From positions 25,234-89,233 of the forward strand of contig SUVA01000002.1 in NCBI GenBank assembly GCA_015062245.1: DNA of 64,000 bases, given 5' to 3'. This document shows positions 1 through 10,850 of this stretch, in pieces. The notes below the pieces were generated by a model. That model worked only from the letters and a program-made list of their open reading frames with translations, was not told the DNA's origin and did not search any database. The stretch's first letter is position 1. Every line of letters begins with the position of its first letter. This DNA is from Alphaproteobacteria bacterium (GTDB taxonomy: Bacteria; Pseudomonadota; Alphaproteobacteria; CAAHEQ01; UBA3637). The translations under genes were made by a program, and so were the position numbers.

Positions 1-1
1 C

Positions 2-118
2 GAAAGAGCAGGGGATGATAATTTGATTAAAGATAAAATGCGCCATACAATTCGCACGTTTTTAAATGAAAAGTTTGGTAAAAAACCCTTGATGGAAGTT
101 CATTTAATTCGTATTTGA
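2..118 (+). CDS. 3' end of an unidentified CDS running off the window start
   Basis: Open frame ending ...KPLMEVHLIRI* at 116-118; the rest of the gene is missing, so no product call. Confidence 0.25.
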   Translation, partial: ERAGDDNLIKDKMRHTIRTFLNEKFGKKPLMEVHLIRI

Positions 119-475
119 TACTTCAAAAGTATAAGGCGTATTTGCGTTTAAAATCAGTTGATTATTTTTAAAATCAAAGGATTTTATTTCACGCAGGGAT
201 TTGAAAAAATCATCTTCGGCCTGCATTTGTGGTATTGGGCCCATCATCATGGTTTGGCCTTGTAAATCCATTTGAATTTGATTTTCATTGATTTGATAAA
301 CGCCAAAATAATTATTGACGGCTTTACCGTAAAAGCGACCGTCCGCATCCAATGTTAAAGTGATGGGCATGGGTTGAGTCGGTTGGATTAAAACAAAATT
401 CTTTCCAACGGGCGTTTCAGCCTTTGGGGCACAGGCACATAAAAATAAGCCTAAAATGCAAATAAATTTTTTCAT
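104..475 (-). CDS. small lipoprotein, META/HslJ-like
   Basis: Lipobox-like N-terminus (MKKFICILGLFLCAC); motif pattern resembles DUF306/META domains. Confidence 0.45.
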   Translation of the reverse strand: MKKFICILGLFLCACAPKAETPVGKNFVLIQPTQPMPITLTLDADGRFYGKAVNNYFGVYQINENQIQMDLQGQTMMMGPIPQMQAEDDFFKSLREIKSFDFKNNQLILNANTPYTFEVSNTN

Positions 476-518
476 ACTTTTATAATAAATAATTTTTGTT
501 TAAATTTCAAGTATAAAA

Positions 519-542
519 AAAACACCCCGAAAAACGGGGTGT
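519..542. terminator. rho-independent terminator hairpin
   Basis: acaccccg-aaaaa-cggggtgt stem-loop flanked by A/T runs between two minus-strand genes. Confidence 0.5.
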
Positions 543-556
543 TTAAAATTTGTTTT

Positions 557-1003
557 TTATCTTCTGCCGAAGAAAACGCCACGTTTTAATGTTGCCAAAT
601 CTTTTTGATCAATCCCCAAAGTTTTAATGGCATCATCAATTTTTTTCTTTTCTTTGGCATCTTCGGCCAAGGCTCTTTTTTCGGCCTTTTCTTGTTCAGC
701 GTCAGGCAAAGCACTAATACCATCCATATTTGTTGGATAGAATGTCATAGAACCAGCCACACGAGCCGCAGTTTCAGAATATTTCTCATAAGCTTTGTTT
801 TCGCTTGTCAAACGTATATTCTCTTGTTTTAATTTGACATTTTCCTGAATTGATTTTTTAGCCACTTCTATGGCATCCTTTGTATTTTTGTTTTCCAAGT
901 TTACGCCCAAGGAAAAACCCGTTGCTAAACCTGTGGTTAAAAGTCCCAAAGCTAACAAGCCATTCAGGGAAGATTTCTTTTTGATTATACGATTTGGTTT
1001 CAT
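557..1003 (-). CDS. hypothetical secreted/lipoprotein with coiled-coil region
   Basis: Start moved to ATG at 1003, preceded by AAGGAG; signal peptide MKPNRIIKKKSSLNGLLALGLLTTG. Confidence 0.5.
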   Translation of the reverse strand: MKPNRIIKKKSSLNGLLALGLLTTGLATGFSLGVNLENKNTKDAIEVAKKSIQENVKLKQENIRLTSENKAYEKYSETAARVAGSMTFYPTNMDGISALPDAEQEKAEKRALAEDAKEKKKIDDAIKTLGIDQKDLATLKRGVFFGRR

Positions 1004-1057
1004 GATGTGTTCTCCTTTGCAAAGACTATTATACACCCAAAACCGTTTTTTGTCAAA

Positions 1058-2818
1058 TTACCTGCGTCCGAACAGCTTTTCAATATCGTTTAATTTCAAT
1101 GTGATATAGGTGGGACGGCCATGAATACATTGACCGGATGTGCCACATTCTTCCATTTGTCTGAGCAAAGCATTCATCTCATCAATTGTTAAAATTCGTC
1201 CCGCCCGTACCGATCCGTGACAGGCCATTTTGGCGCAAATATCTTTCATTTTATCCTGTAATAAAACGGTATCATCAAAAGTTTTCAAGGTATCGGCCAA
1301 ATCCTGAATGGTTTGTTTTAAATCAGCTTTATCCATCAATGCGGGGATTTCACGCACGGCAATGCTGTCGGGGCCAAAAGCGTCCAAAACCCAACCCATT
1401 TTATTTAATTCATCACTTCTGTCCATCAAAAGGGAAACTTCTTCGGGTTTTAAATCCACGATTTCGGGAACCAATAACAATTGAGTTTGAACCTTTTCGC
1501 CCAAGTTTTTCATCATTTTTTCATAGGTTAAACGTTCATGGGCGGCGTGTTGATCCACAATTAAAATGCTGTCGGTTGTTTGTGAAATAATATAGGTTTT
1601 ATGTAATTGCGCTTTGGCCAATCCCATAGGCGGAAAAACAACAATTTCGGTTGTTTTTTCTTCTTTGGGCTGATTTTGTGTTTTAACGCTGAAACTGTCC
1701 GACATTTGAAACATCGGTTGTGGCGATGGAATTGATTTTGGAATATGCGTTTTGGCCAAAGGTGTATAGGGTGTTGAATGTTCCTGATAACTGCCCAAAG
1801 CACCGATATGGATAGTGGTCGCCGTTTGTTGGGCGTGTTCGGCCAAGGCGTTGCGAATGCTGGCCACCATCAAGCCCCGAATTTTGCCGGCATCTTGAAA
1901 GCGAACTTCTGTTTTGGCCGGGGACACATTGACATCCAATAAACGATTGGGGAGAGATAAGAACAAAGCCAACACGGGATGGCCGTCACTGCCATGTCCC
2001 ATCAAACCCTGATAGGCACCCCGTACCGCCCCCAGTAAAACTTTATCTTTCACATAGCGACCATTGACATATAAATACTGTTCGGTGGATGTGGCACGTG
2101 TATAAGTGGGTAATCCCACAAAACCGGATAAGCGGATGTTGTCATGCTCTGTTTGAACGGCCACGGCATTTTCTTTAAACTGATGGCCGATAATCATAGA
2201 CACCCGATCAAATAAATTCTGGGTTGCCGGATAATTTAACAGCTTTTTATTTTCGTTTTCCAATGAAAAAGTGATATTCGGATAGCACATTGCCAAACGG
2301 TCCACAATATCACGGATGGCCATTTGTTCACTTTGATCGGATTTTAAAAACTTTAATCGGGCTGGCGTATTATAAAATAAATCCTGAACTTCAATTTTTG
2401 TGCCATAGTTGCATGAGCTTGGTTCGGGATTGTTTTTGACTCCGCCGTTGATTTGAATTTTCCACCCTGATTCGCTTTGTGGCGTGCGTGAAGAAATGGT
2501 CATTTTACTGACCGATGCGATGGATGGAAGTGCTTCCCCCCGAAATCCCAAAAAATTGATATTGACCAAATCGTCATCGGGTAATTTGCTGGTGGCATGG
2601 CGTTCTATGGCCAAACTTAATTCTTGGGGCGACATGCCTTTACCGTTATCCGATACACAAAAATAACTTTTACCCCCTTGTTCAATTTTAATATCAATCC
2701 GATTGGCTTTGGCATCAATGGCATTTTCAATCAATTCTTTGATGGCGCTGGCGGGGCGTTCTACTACCTCACCGGCGGCGATTTGATTTATCAGATTTTG
2801 GGGTAAAACACGCAACAT
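1058..2818 (-). CDS. mutL: DNA mismatch repair protein MutL
   Basis: N-terminal GHKL ATPase motifs (ELIENAIDA, DNGKGM) and conserved MutL C-terminal domain. Confidence 0.95.
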   Translation of the reverse strand: MLRVLPQNLINQIAAGEVVERPASAIKELIENAIDAKANRIDIKIEQGGKSYFCVSDNGKGMSPQELSLAIERHATSKLPDDDLVNINFLGFRGEALPSIASVSKMTISSRTPQSESGWKIQINGGVKNNPEPSSCNYGTKIEVQDLFYNTPARLKFLKSDQSEQMAIRDIVDRLAMCYPNITFSLENENKKLLNYPATQNLFDRVSMIIGHQFKENAVAVQTEHDNIRLSGFVGLPTYTRATSTEQYLYVNGRYVKDKVLLGAVRGAYQGLMGHGSDGHPVLALFLSLPNRLLDVNVSPAKTEVRFQDAGKIRGLMVASIRNALAEHAQQTATTIHIGALGSYQEHSTPYTPLAKTHIPKSIPSPQPMFQMSDSFSVKTQNQPKEEKTTEIVVFPPMGLAKAQLHKTYIISQTTDSILIVDQHAAHERLTYEKMMKNLGEKVQTQLLLVPEIVDLKPEEVSLLMDRSDELNKMGWVLDAFGPDSIAVREIPALMDKADLKQTIQDLADTLKTFDDTVLLQDKMKDICAKMACHGSVRAGRILTIDEMNALLRQMEECGTSGQCIHGRPTYITLKLNDIEKLFGRR

Positions 2819-3859
2819 TTATTTATCCTTTTGGGCTAATTCTTCCAATGGCCAACGGGGTCTGGCTTTAAAGTCAAAAGCATCCGTTAAACCGGCATTT
2901 AATCGTTGTAAACCGGCCCATGCAATCATCACGCCATTGTCGGTACACAGGCGAACGGGCGGTGCCGAAAAGTTCATTTGATGTTTTTGTGCCACATCCT
3001 CTAACATTTGACGCACGGCCGTGTTGGCGGCGACACCGCCCCCGACAACCAAGTCTTTGGCATTGGGAAAATCCTTTTTAAATAAACGGATGGCATGATT
3101 TAACCGATCACGCATTTGTTCCACCACGGCATATTGAAAGCTGGCACACATATCGTTTTGAAAAGTTTCGGTTATTTTACTTTGTTTATCCACAATAACC
3201 CGAACGGCTGTTTTTAAACCCGAAAATGAAAAGTCGCAATTATCACGTCCTTTCATGGGAATGGGTAATTGAAAAGCCTTTGGATTGCCCAAAACAGCCC
3301 TTTTTTCCAAATTGGGTCCGCCCGGATAACCGATATCCAACATCTTGGCCACTTTATCAAAGGCTTCACCGGCCGAATCATCAATAGTGGCGCCCAACTT
3401 TTTATACTTGCCAACACCCATCACTTCCAATAATTGACAATGACCGCCCGAGGTTAAAAGCAATAAATATGGAAATTCCACATCATTGGTCAGCATGGCT
3501 GTCAGGGCATGGCCTTCCAAATGATTGACCGCTATAAAAGGCAGGTTATGGCAAAAAGCAATGGCTTTGGCACTCATCACCCCCACCAAAACACCGCCGA
3601 TTAAACCGGGGCCGGCGGCCACAGCCACACCGGATAAATCCGAAAACTTGATGCCGGCCTGATTCATACATTCTTGAATCAACACATCACACTTTTCCAA
3701 ATGGGCCCGTGCGGCAATTTCGGGAACAACGCCACCGAAACGGCGGTGTTCGTCATATTGGGACCACACAACGGATGCCAACACTTCACGCCTGTCATTT
3801 ACCAAGGCGCAAGCTGTTTCATCACAACTGGATTCAATGCCAAGAACAATTTTTGTCAT
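2819..3859 (-). CDS. tsaD: tRNA N6-adenosine threonylcarbamoyltransferase TsaD
   Basis: Kae1/Gcp/TsaD family motifs (GIESSCDET, HxxGH). Confidence 0.95.
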   Translation of the reverse strand: MTKIVLGIESSCDETACALVNDRREVLASVVWSQYDEHRRFGGVVPEIAARAHLEKCDVLIQECMNQAGIKFSDLSGVAVAAGPGLIGGVLVGVMSAKAIAFCHNLPFIAVNHLEGHALTAMLTNDVEFPYLLLLTSGGHCQLLEVMGVGKYKKLGATIDDSAGEAFDKVAKMLDIGYPGGPNLEKRAVLGNPKAFQLPIPMKGRDNCDFSFSGLKTAVRVIVDKQSKITETFQNDMCASFQYAVVEQMRDRLNHAIRLFKKDFPNAKDLVVGGGVAANTAVRQMLEDVAQKHQMNFSAPPVRLCTDNGVMIAWAGLQRLNAGLTDAFDFKARPRWPLEELAQKDK

Positions 3860-3895
3860 AAAGTCATTATACCTTTTTTTGTAAAAAGAGTCAAA

Positions 3896-6151
3896 CTAAA
3901 TGTTCTTTTTTAAATTGGCGATTTGGGTGTTTGGGATATTTTCACCCGATTGAATTTTGGATACGATTGTTTGAACCTGTTCGGGGGTATAATGTTGATG
4001 GACAAAGTCAATGCGGTAAAAATCGCTTTGAACTTGTTCACGCAATTTTCCCATATAAAAAGGTTTACTTGAAATCAAGGTTAAAGCACAGTCTTTAATT
4101 TTTGCCCAATAAGAATCTGTTGCTTTTTTAATTGGAATAAAACAGGTTTGTTTTTGACAGTGTTTACAATTGTTTTTTATACAGTTGGCACTTTGGAATA
4201 AAGGAATATCCTGATAAACAACAGCCACGGTACTTATCGGACTTTTGTCATTGACGGCCATCATATTTTCCATTGTGTCCTCTATGGGTAAAGTAATACG
4301 TGAGGCGTTCATTTTCTGTGCCATTAAAACGGCTTGACTGTTCATGGTATAAAAGGCGTTGTCAAAGCTTAAATCAATACCCTTTTCGGGCAAAACATTT
4401 AATCCCCAAGGATTGCCAATTTCCCATTTACGATAGCCCAAGTTCAATAAATCTTTGATGATTTTATGGAAATTTTGTGAATTTCGGGCAATACTGGGTA
4501 AAGCCAAACGTACTTTGTTTTTGGGCAGTTTTTTAATCTGTTCAATGTTTATATCTGGGGTTAAAAGAACAATCACTTCATGAAAGGTTGATAAATCTGT
4601 TTGATTCAGGCAAATTAAATTATCCGTTTTTATCAGCCACTTTGTTGGTTGTTTTTTTCTGGGCTTTGGATTTTGAAGTTCTGTCTGTTTTTCTTTGATT
4701 TCAATGCGTTCATATAAATCACGGCGCAATTGATTTAAAACGGATGCCGGCACAAATAAACCATTGTTGTTTTCAATTTTGATATTTGGTTTAAAGTCGG
4801 TATCTTTATATTTTAAAAAGGCCTGTAAAACACTGTCATGGGCTTTTTGCGGATTTTGGGCCACATCAAAATGGCCATTTGATACAACCGATTGCCCACA
4901 GGCCGAAGCCGTTATTTTATCCGTTTCAATTTGAACCATTACATCAATGGGGTATCGGATTTTAAATTCATTGGGCTTTGGCTTTTCGTAATGATAGGTG
5001 GCTTTTACCTGACCGCTGGATGCCAAATAAATTTGCGTTCCTTTATCAATAAAGGGTGCGTTGTTCGGCAATTGTACTTGTACTTTTTGATGCGCTTTTG
5101 CTTCAAAAACCTGCCGACCGTTTGATATAATTTCCTGCACCGAAAAGCCAAAAGGTTTTTCCGTTCCCGGTATATCCAATTGCAAACCGTCATATTTTGA
5201 AAAAGAGTGCTTTGGGGTGAAGGTCATATATTGTTTGAAAACTTTTTCAGCCTGTCCGATGGGCAATCCTCTGTGTCCCACAAAATCGGTATCAATGATA
5301 TCATTGTTTTTGCCCAACAAATGAAAGGTTGTCCATGGGCGTGAAAAGATTTGTTTAATGTTTTCAGCTTTTGATTTATCCGCCCCTTTACCATCCAAGA
5401 TATGGCGATAATAATCCACAACGGCCGCCACATATAAATCTTTTTTCTTGCGTCCTTCTATTTTTAAAGAACAGATGGGTAATTTTAAAATATGTTCTTG
5501 CAACGCCATATCTTTCATGGAAAATAAATGAGCCTTTTTTTCGCCCCATTGGAATAAAGCGCGACACGGATAGGCACATTTGCCACGGTTGGCACTGCGC
5601 CCCGATTCTATGGATGAAAATTGGCACAAACCGCTGTAGGCATAACACAAAGCCCCATGCACAAAAATTTCAATTTCCAAATCCTTAATGGTGGCAATTT
5701 TTTCAATTTCGGGTAAAGTCAATTCTCGGGCCAAAACAACCCGTGTAAAGCCTAATTTTTTTAAAGCCAAAGCCCCGTCCACATTATGAACGGCCATTTG
5801 TGTGCTGGCATGCAGTTTTAAATTCGGATAGTGTTCTTTGATGATATGGGCCACACCGATGTCTTGCAAGATTATACCGTCCACTTGACAGGTATTACAA
5901 ACATCCAAAGTTCGCATCAATTCATCCAATTCTTTTTCCTGAATCAATGTATTGATGGTCACATAAACACACTTGTTTAAATGATGTGCATAGGCGGTCA
6001 ATTCGCTGAGTTGTTCGGGTGTAAAGTTGGTGGCGTTGGCACGTGCTGAAAAAGATTTTAAACCCAAATAAACGGCATCTGCCCCATAATAAAAGGCGGC
6101 ATACCCTGCATCTAAATCACCGGCCGGTGCCAAAAGTTCGTGTTTTTTCAT
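3896..6151 (-). CDS. peptidase U32 family protein (long form)
   Basis: U32 collagenase-like N-terminal domain (ELLAPAG...GADAVY...CAYPCR cysteines); start placed at MKKHELL ATG 6151; ~750 aa is long for the family. Confidence 0.8.
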   Translation of the reverse strand: MKKHELLAPAGDLDAGYAAFYYGADAVYLGLKSFSARANATNFTPEQLSELTAYAHHLNKCVYVTINTLIQEKELDELMRTLDVCNTCQVDGIILQDIGVAHIIKEHYPNLKLHASTQMAVHNVDGALALKKLGFTRVVLARELTLPEIEKIATIKDLEIEIFVHGALCYAYSGLCQFSSIESGRSANRGKCAYPCRALFQWGEKKAHLFSMKDMALQEHILKLPICSLKIEGRKKKDLYVAAVVDYYRHILDGKGADKSKAENIKQIFSRPWTTFHLLGKNNDIIDTDFVGHRGLPIGQAEKVFKQYMTFTPKHSFSKYDGLQLDIPGTEKPFGFSVQEIISNGRQVFEAKAHQKVQVQLPNNAPFIDKGTQIYLASSGQVKATYHYEKPKPNEFKIRYPIDVMVQIETDKITASACGQSVVSNGHFDVAQNPQKAHDSVLQAFLKYKDTDFKPNIKIENNNGLFVPASVLNQLRRDLYERIEIKEKQTELQNPKPRKKQPTKWLIKTDNLICLNQTDLSTFHEVIVLLTPDINIEQIKKLPKNKVRLALPSIARNSQNFHKIIKDLLNLGYRKWEIGNPWGLNVLPEKGIDLSFDNAFYTMNSQAVLMAQKMNASRITLPIEDTMENMMAVNDKSPISTVAVVYQDIPLFQSANCIKNNCKHCQKQTCFIPIKKATDSYWAKIKDCALTLISSKPFYMGKLREQVQSDFYRIDFVHQHYTPEQVQTIVSKIQSGENIPNTQIANLKKNI

Positions 6152-6176
6152 AAAAGATATTATACTATAACACCCC

Positions 6177-7304
6177 TTAAAAGTCAATTGCTTCTTGTTT
6201 TTTGGGGGTTAAATGAATCAATGTGATTTCGGCCGGTGCGAATAATCTGACCTGAGGTCCCCAATGGCCTGTGCCACGGGATACATAGATTTTGGCTTTG
6301 TCCATCATATTATACAGGCCAGCCAAATAACGATGGTTGGTGTAAGAGCTGAACAAATGAAACGGCCAAATTTGTCCACCATGGGTATGACCCGAAATTT
6401 GTAATTCAAAGGGCTTTTTTTTGAATTCCCCCGGTGTATGGCTTAATAAAACTTTAAATTGATTTTTTGTGGCCCGTTTAAAAGTCCGCACCAAATCAAT
6501 TTTTTTGCCCAATTTTTTCCACGATTGCCAATCGGCCACGCCACCGATATATAAATCATCATCCAAAGAACGGCCTTTATGATCCAAAACATGAAAGCCC
6601 AAATCCAAAAACTGACGGATGCATTTTTTATAGCCGATATAAAATTCGTGATTACCACTGACGGCAAAAACACCTTTTGAGGCCTTTAATTGTTTCAACA
6701 GCCCGATTTTGTTTTGAATACGTTCTGTTTTATCATCAATGGTATCCCCCACCAATAACACCGCCAAAGGATTTGTTTTATTTGTGCGCGCCACAATCTT
6801 TTTGATTTTTTTATCCAAAGTATTGCGTGTGATATGCAAATCCGTTAAAACAGCCAAAGTTTTTTCCTGTAAAATTTTATTGGATTCAATGAAGACTTCT
6901 TTTACATTCGGCACACGGGAACCTTGATAAAGGGCCCATGAAATCATGATACAGGCGATGAAAAAAGTCAAAGCATTGACATTGTTGATATTGGTAAAAA
7001 TGGATGGGAAAGAGGGGATAAACCAATCCAATCCCAACCATATTAAATCACGCAAAACGGTCAGCGAACTTAAAAAAAAGATAAAGACAAAAATTGTATT
7101 GCATATATGGTTCATCCAGTATCCCGCTTTTTTATAAAGCGGTAACAGGGGGTGCATAGCCAATAAGGGGGCCAAACACAACCCGATACACAACATGACA
7201 GGGTGTTCGCCGGCCATTGGTGTCAGGACAAAATAACGCATAAAAACGATACTGCCCCAACACAGGCTGAACCCACACATCAATAAGGACACCCAAACAT
7301 TCAT
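6177..7304 (-). CDS. membrane-anchored calcineurin-like metallophosphoesterase
   Basis: N-terminal TM helices plus GDxxD, GNHE and GHTHGGQ phosphoesterase motifs; paralog of 10851..11945. Confidence 0.8.
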   Translation of the reverse strand: MNVWVSLLMCGFSLCWGSIVFMRYFVLTPMAGEHPVMLCIGLCLAPLLAMHPLLPLYKKAGYWMNHICNTIFVFIFFLSSLTVLRDLIWLGLDWFIPSFPSIFTNINNVNALTFFIACIMISWALYQGSRVPNVKEVFIESNKILQEKTLAVLTDLHITRNTLDKKIKKIVARTNKTNPLAVLLVGDTIDDKTERIQNKIGLLKQLKASKGVFAVSGNHEFYIGYKKCIRQFLDLGFHVLDHKGRSLDDDLYIGGVADWQSWKKLGKKIDLVRTFKRATKNQFKVLLSHTPGEFKKKPFELQISGHTHGGQIWPFHLFSSYTNHRYLAGLYNMMDKAKIYVSRGTGHWGPQVRLFAPAEITLIHLTPKKQEAIDF

Positions 7305-7321
7305 TCTTTATTCCTTTAAAA

Positions 7322-9361
7322 TCAGAATAAACCGTTCCAATTATTGCTTGCCAAAATCGGGGCTACCACCAAAGAAACAATAATCATCAGTTTGATTAAA
7401 ATATTCAAAGCAGGACCCGATGTATCTTTAAACGGATCGCCAACGGTATCGCCCACAACGGTTGCTTTGTGTTGGCTGGTTCCTTTATGGCTGAAACGAC
7501 CGCATTCCACATACTTTTTGGCATTATCCCATGCTCCACCGGCATTGGACATCAATAATGCCAAGAACACACCGACAATTGTGGCGCCCAACAACATACC
7601 GCCCAAAGCTTCACGTCCCAACAAAAAGCCGGTAATCAACGGGGCGCTGATGGCCAACACACCCGGCATAATCATTTCACGCAAAGCAGCGCTGGTGGCA
7701 ATGGATACACAGCGGGCCGTGTTGGGTTGAACACCTTCTTCGCCCTGTAATAAACCTTTGATTGTGCGGAATTGATGGCGCACTTCTTTGACGATGGAAT
7801 AGGCGGCTCTGCCCACGGATTGCATAGTCATAGCGGCGGCCAACATCGGGATACATCCACCGATTAAAGTGCCGATAACAACCATTGGGTTGATCAGGTC
7901 AATACGTTCCAAATTGGCGGCCTGAATAAAGGCCACAAACAAAGCCAAAGCCGTTAAGGCGGCCGAACCGATGGCAAAACCTTTACCGATGGCGGCGGTT
8001 GTATTACCCAAAGAATCCAAATGATCCGTTATTTTACGGGTTTCAGGTCCCATATGGCTCATTTCGGCAATCCCACCGGCATTATCGGCAATCGGACCAT
8101 AGGCATCCACGGTCATGGTGACACCGACGGTGGCCAACATACCAACGGCCGAAATACCGATACCGTAAATGCCGGCACTCATATAGGCAATAAAGGTGGC
8201 CACACAAATACACAATACCGGTAAAACCGTTGAGGCCATACCGACGGCCAACCCCGAAATAATCACAGTGGCAGCCCCTGTACGGCTTTGGTGGGCAATT
8301 TTGCGCACGGGTCGTCCGGATGTATAATATTCGGCAAACAAACCGATTAAAGTACCGACAACCAAGCCTGAAATAACAGCGCCAAAAATCCCCCATGAAA
8401 TACCATTTAATCCAACGAACAGGGCGGATAATACCACAAACAAGACACCGGCCAACATCGTGGTTGCACGCAAAGCTGATGACGGTTTTAATTTTTTAAA
8501 CCAATGTAATGAACCCACACCGATTAAAGATGAAATCATACCAATAACGGCCAAGAATAAAGGCAGTTGTAATAATACCATTCTGTCAGCACCCAATGCG
8601 GATAAAGCTTTCTGTCCCATGGTGGCGGCAATGGCGGATGAAGCAATAATGGCCCCACAGTAAGATTCATAAATATCGGCCCCCATACCGGCAATATCAC
8701 CCACGTTATCGCCCACATTATCGGCAATCACACCGGGGTTGCGTGGATCGTCTTCGGGAATACCGGCTTCCACTTTTCCCACCAAATCAGATCCCACATC
8801 GGCGGCTTTGGTATAAATACCGCCACCCACACGGGCAAACAGGGCGATGGAACTGCATCCCATGGCAAAGCCGTTGATGTATTGCATACCTGATACTTCT
8901 TTGCCATAAATAAGGTACAAAATACCCAATCCTAATAATCCCAAGCCGGCCACGGATAACCCCATCACGGAACCCGAAAAATAGGATATTTTTAAAGCCC
9001 CTCGGATACCTTGTGCTTTGGCGGCCTGAGCCGTTCTGGAATTACCCTTTGTGGCGGCCATCATACCGAACAGGCCGGCAAAAATGGATGAAATTGCCCC
9101 ACAGATAAAGGCAAAAGCCGTCTGTAAATTTAATCCCCAGCCGATTAAAATAAAAATACCCAAAATGAAAAAGGCCAAAACCTTATATTCTTTCTTCAAA
9201 AAGGCCATAGCCCCGCTGTGGATTTGATGTTCAATGGCGGCCATTTTGGGGGTGCCATTGGGTTGGCGGGCAATATAAAAATAAATGGATATAGCCGTAA
9301 GCAATCCTAAAAGTCCCCAAACGGGTGCTGAAAAAACATAAGAAAAGACGGTATTTAACAT
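7322..9361 (-). CDS. hppA: K+/H+-translocating membrane pyrophosphatase
   Basis: Highly conserved H+-PPase motifs ([26 protein letters not shown]); multi-TM. Confidence 0.96.
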   Translation of the reverse strand: MLNTVFSYVFSAPVWGLLGLLTAISIYFYIARQPNGTPKMAAIEHQIHSGAMAFLKKEYKVLAFFILGIFILIGWGLNLQTAFAFICGAISSIFAGLFGMMAATKGNSRTAQAAKAQGIRGALKISYFSGSVMGLSVAGLGLLGLGILYLIYGKEVSGMQYINGFAMGCSSIALFARVGGGIYTKAADVGSDLVGKVEAGIPEDDPRNPGVIADNVGDNVGDIAGMGADIYESYCGAIIASSAIAATMGQKALSALGADRMVLLQLPLFLAVIGMISSLIGVGSLHWFKKLKPSSALRATTMLAGVLFVVLSALFVGLNGISWGIFGAVISGLVVGTLIGLFAEYYTSGRPVRKIAHQSRTGAATVIISGLAVGMASTVLPVLCICVATFIAYMSAGIYGIGISAVGMLATVGVTMTVDAYGPIADNAGGIAEMSHMGPETRKITDHLDSLGNTTAAIGKGFAIGSAALTALALFVAFIQAANLERIDLINPMVVIGTLIGGCIPMLAAAMTMQSVGRAAYSIVKEVRHQFRTIKGLLQGEEGVQPNTARCVSIATSAALREMIMPGVLAISAPLITGFLLGREALGGMLLGATIVGVFLALLMSNAGGAWDNAKKYVECGRFSHKGTSQHKATVVGDTVGDPFKDTSGPALNILIKLMIIVSLVVAPILASNNWNGLF

Positions 9362-9492
9362 AAAATCTCCTTTAATAATCTATAAAAAAACGGCCCCAAG
9401 AACAAATATTTCGCATATGATACTATGTTCGTGATAAACCGATAACGGGCTTTTTACCATAATTTGAAAATACTGTCAAGATGTTTATGAAA

Positions 9493-10770
9493 TTATTTTT
9501 GACACATTGCATAAAATGAATCTGGTGAACCTGCCGTACAATTCATGCTTCCGCTTGAAACGAAAAAGAGACAACTTCCTGTCAGCCATACAGAACCACC
9601 AGTTATTTCTTGTTGTAATTTTTTCAAAACATCAGAACTGGGCACAGATGTTATTCTGTTCATTCCTTGTGCAAGGCACCAATTTGTTACACTCCATGAT
9701 GACATTTGAGTGCCGGAAATAACATAATTTTTTCCACTAACAGACATTGGATAAATAATAAAATCATTGATTTTTTGACAATAGCCGGGACCTTGAGTAT
9801 TATTTATAAAATGTCCATTTTGAAAGGCACAAAACTCATCTTTTAAACAATCAGAATTTTTTAAACAAGATGCGTTTGTTTCGGGTTCAATTTCACATTT
9901 TTGATTGTGGTTGCATAAGGCCCAGAATCCGTCTGATTTCCCGGCACTGGGCGATACAATGCCATCATACATAAACCAGCCCCTGATTGAATCAACAACT
10001 TCTTTTAACCAAACTTGCGTTCCACCTAATTTATATGAAACTTCTGATGGCGTGGATCTTGTTGCAGATTTCATATTTTGTGCAGAGCACCAATTTTGGG
10101 CACTCCACCATGTCATTGGATATCTGGAATGAACCCAACAATTTTTTGAATCGTTATAAAATGTTTTTGGTTTAAATTCTTTAATATCTTGACACCATCC
10201 GATTCCCGAGTCAGCAAAAGAATTAGGCCGTTCAAAGGCGCAAAATTTTCCATTGGGACAATCGCTATTTTGTTTGCAAGTTACTTTACATCCGGCACCG
10301 TCAAAAATACGATTGTAATTTATTGTACAATCGGCACAGGTGCAATCTTCTGAATAAGTTTTACAACCATCTATTGGTAAACACTTTAAACATTCTCCAT
10401 TGCTGAAATAAGGTGTTTCGCTCGGGCAAGGTTGACAGGTGTTATTGATACATAAGGGGTTTTGATCGGTTGGACAGGCTCCTTCGCCTTTTTGATAATC
10501 TGTCAAACATTCCACACATTTTGAAGAAACACTATCCCATGATTGATTTTCGGGACATTTACAGGGTGTATAAGTGGGATGAGGATTTCCTGTATTGGCA
10601 AAAGCGGTACCTTCCGGACAACAATATCCGTCCCTTGTTTCACTGTCTTCCACACAATCGCACATCATTTCCAAACAATCACCTTTATATTCAAAACCTT
10701 TGGTTATCCATCCGGCATAAACCATGGATGATGTCAACATCAAAGCCGTTAGTAATGATAAATATTTCAT
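9493..10770 (-). CDS. Sec-secreted cysteine-rich protein with two C-type lectin-like domains
   Basis: Signal peptide (VYA|G), strong AGGAG RBS, dense Cys-rich N-terminus, two modules with WxxAxxWCxxxG...W(L/I)..C...F(Y/W)AxCxx CTLD-like pattern; family member. Confidence 0.7.
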   Translation of the reverse strand: MKYLSLLTALMLTSSMVYAGWITKGFEYKGDCLEMMCDCVEDSETRDGYCCPEGTAFANTGNPHPTYTPCKCPENQSWDSVSSKCVECLTDYQKGEGACPTDQNPLCINNTCQPCPSETPYFSNGECLKCLPIDGCKTYSEDCTCADCTINYNRIFDGAGCKVTCKQNSDCPNGKFCAFERPNSFADSGIGWCQDIKEFKPKTFYNDSKNCWVHSRYPMTWWSAQNWCSAQNMKSATRSTPSEVSYKLGGTQVWLKEVVDSIRGWFMYDGIVSPSAGKSDGFWALCNHNQKCEIEPETNASCLKNSDCLKDEFCAFQNGHFINNTQGPGYCQKINDFIIYPMSVSGKNYVISGTQMSSWSVTNWCLAQGMNRITSVPSSDVLKKLQQEITGGSVWLTGSCLFFVSSGSMNCTAGSPDSFYAMCQK

Positions 10771-10850
10771 ATAATTCTCCTGTGATATCTTGTTTTTTAT
10801 ATTAAAACAATTTAAACTTTTCTTGTCAAGAAATATTTTAAAAGGAGCAA

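Noticed and set aside
3896-6187. Longer start (MTFKGCYSIISF...) for the U32 peptidase gene
   Set aside because: The extension lacks an RBS and is not part of the conserved U32 N-terminus. MKKHELLAPAG at 6151 matches the family start.
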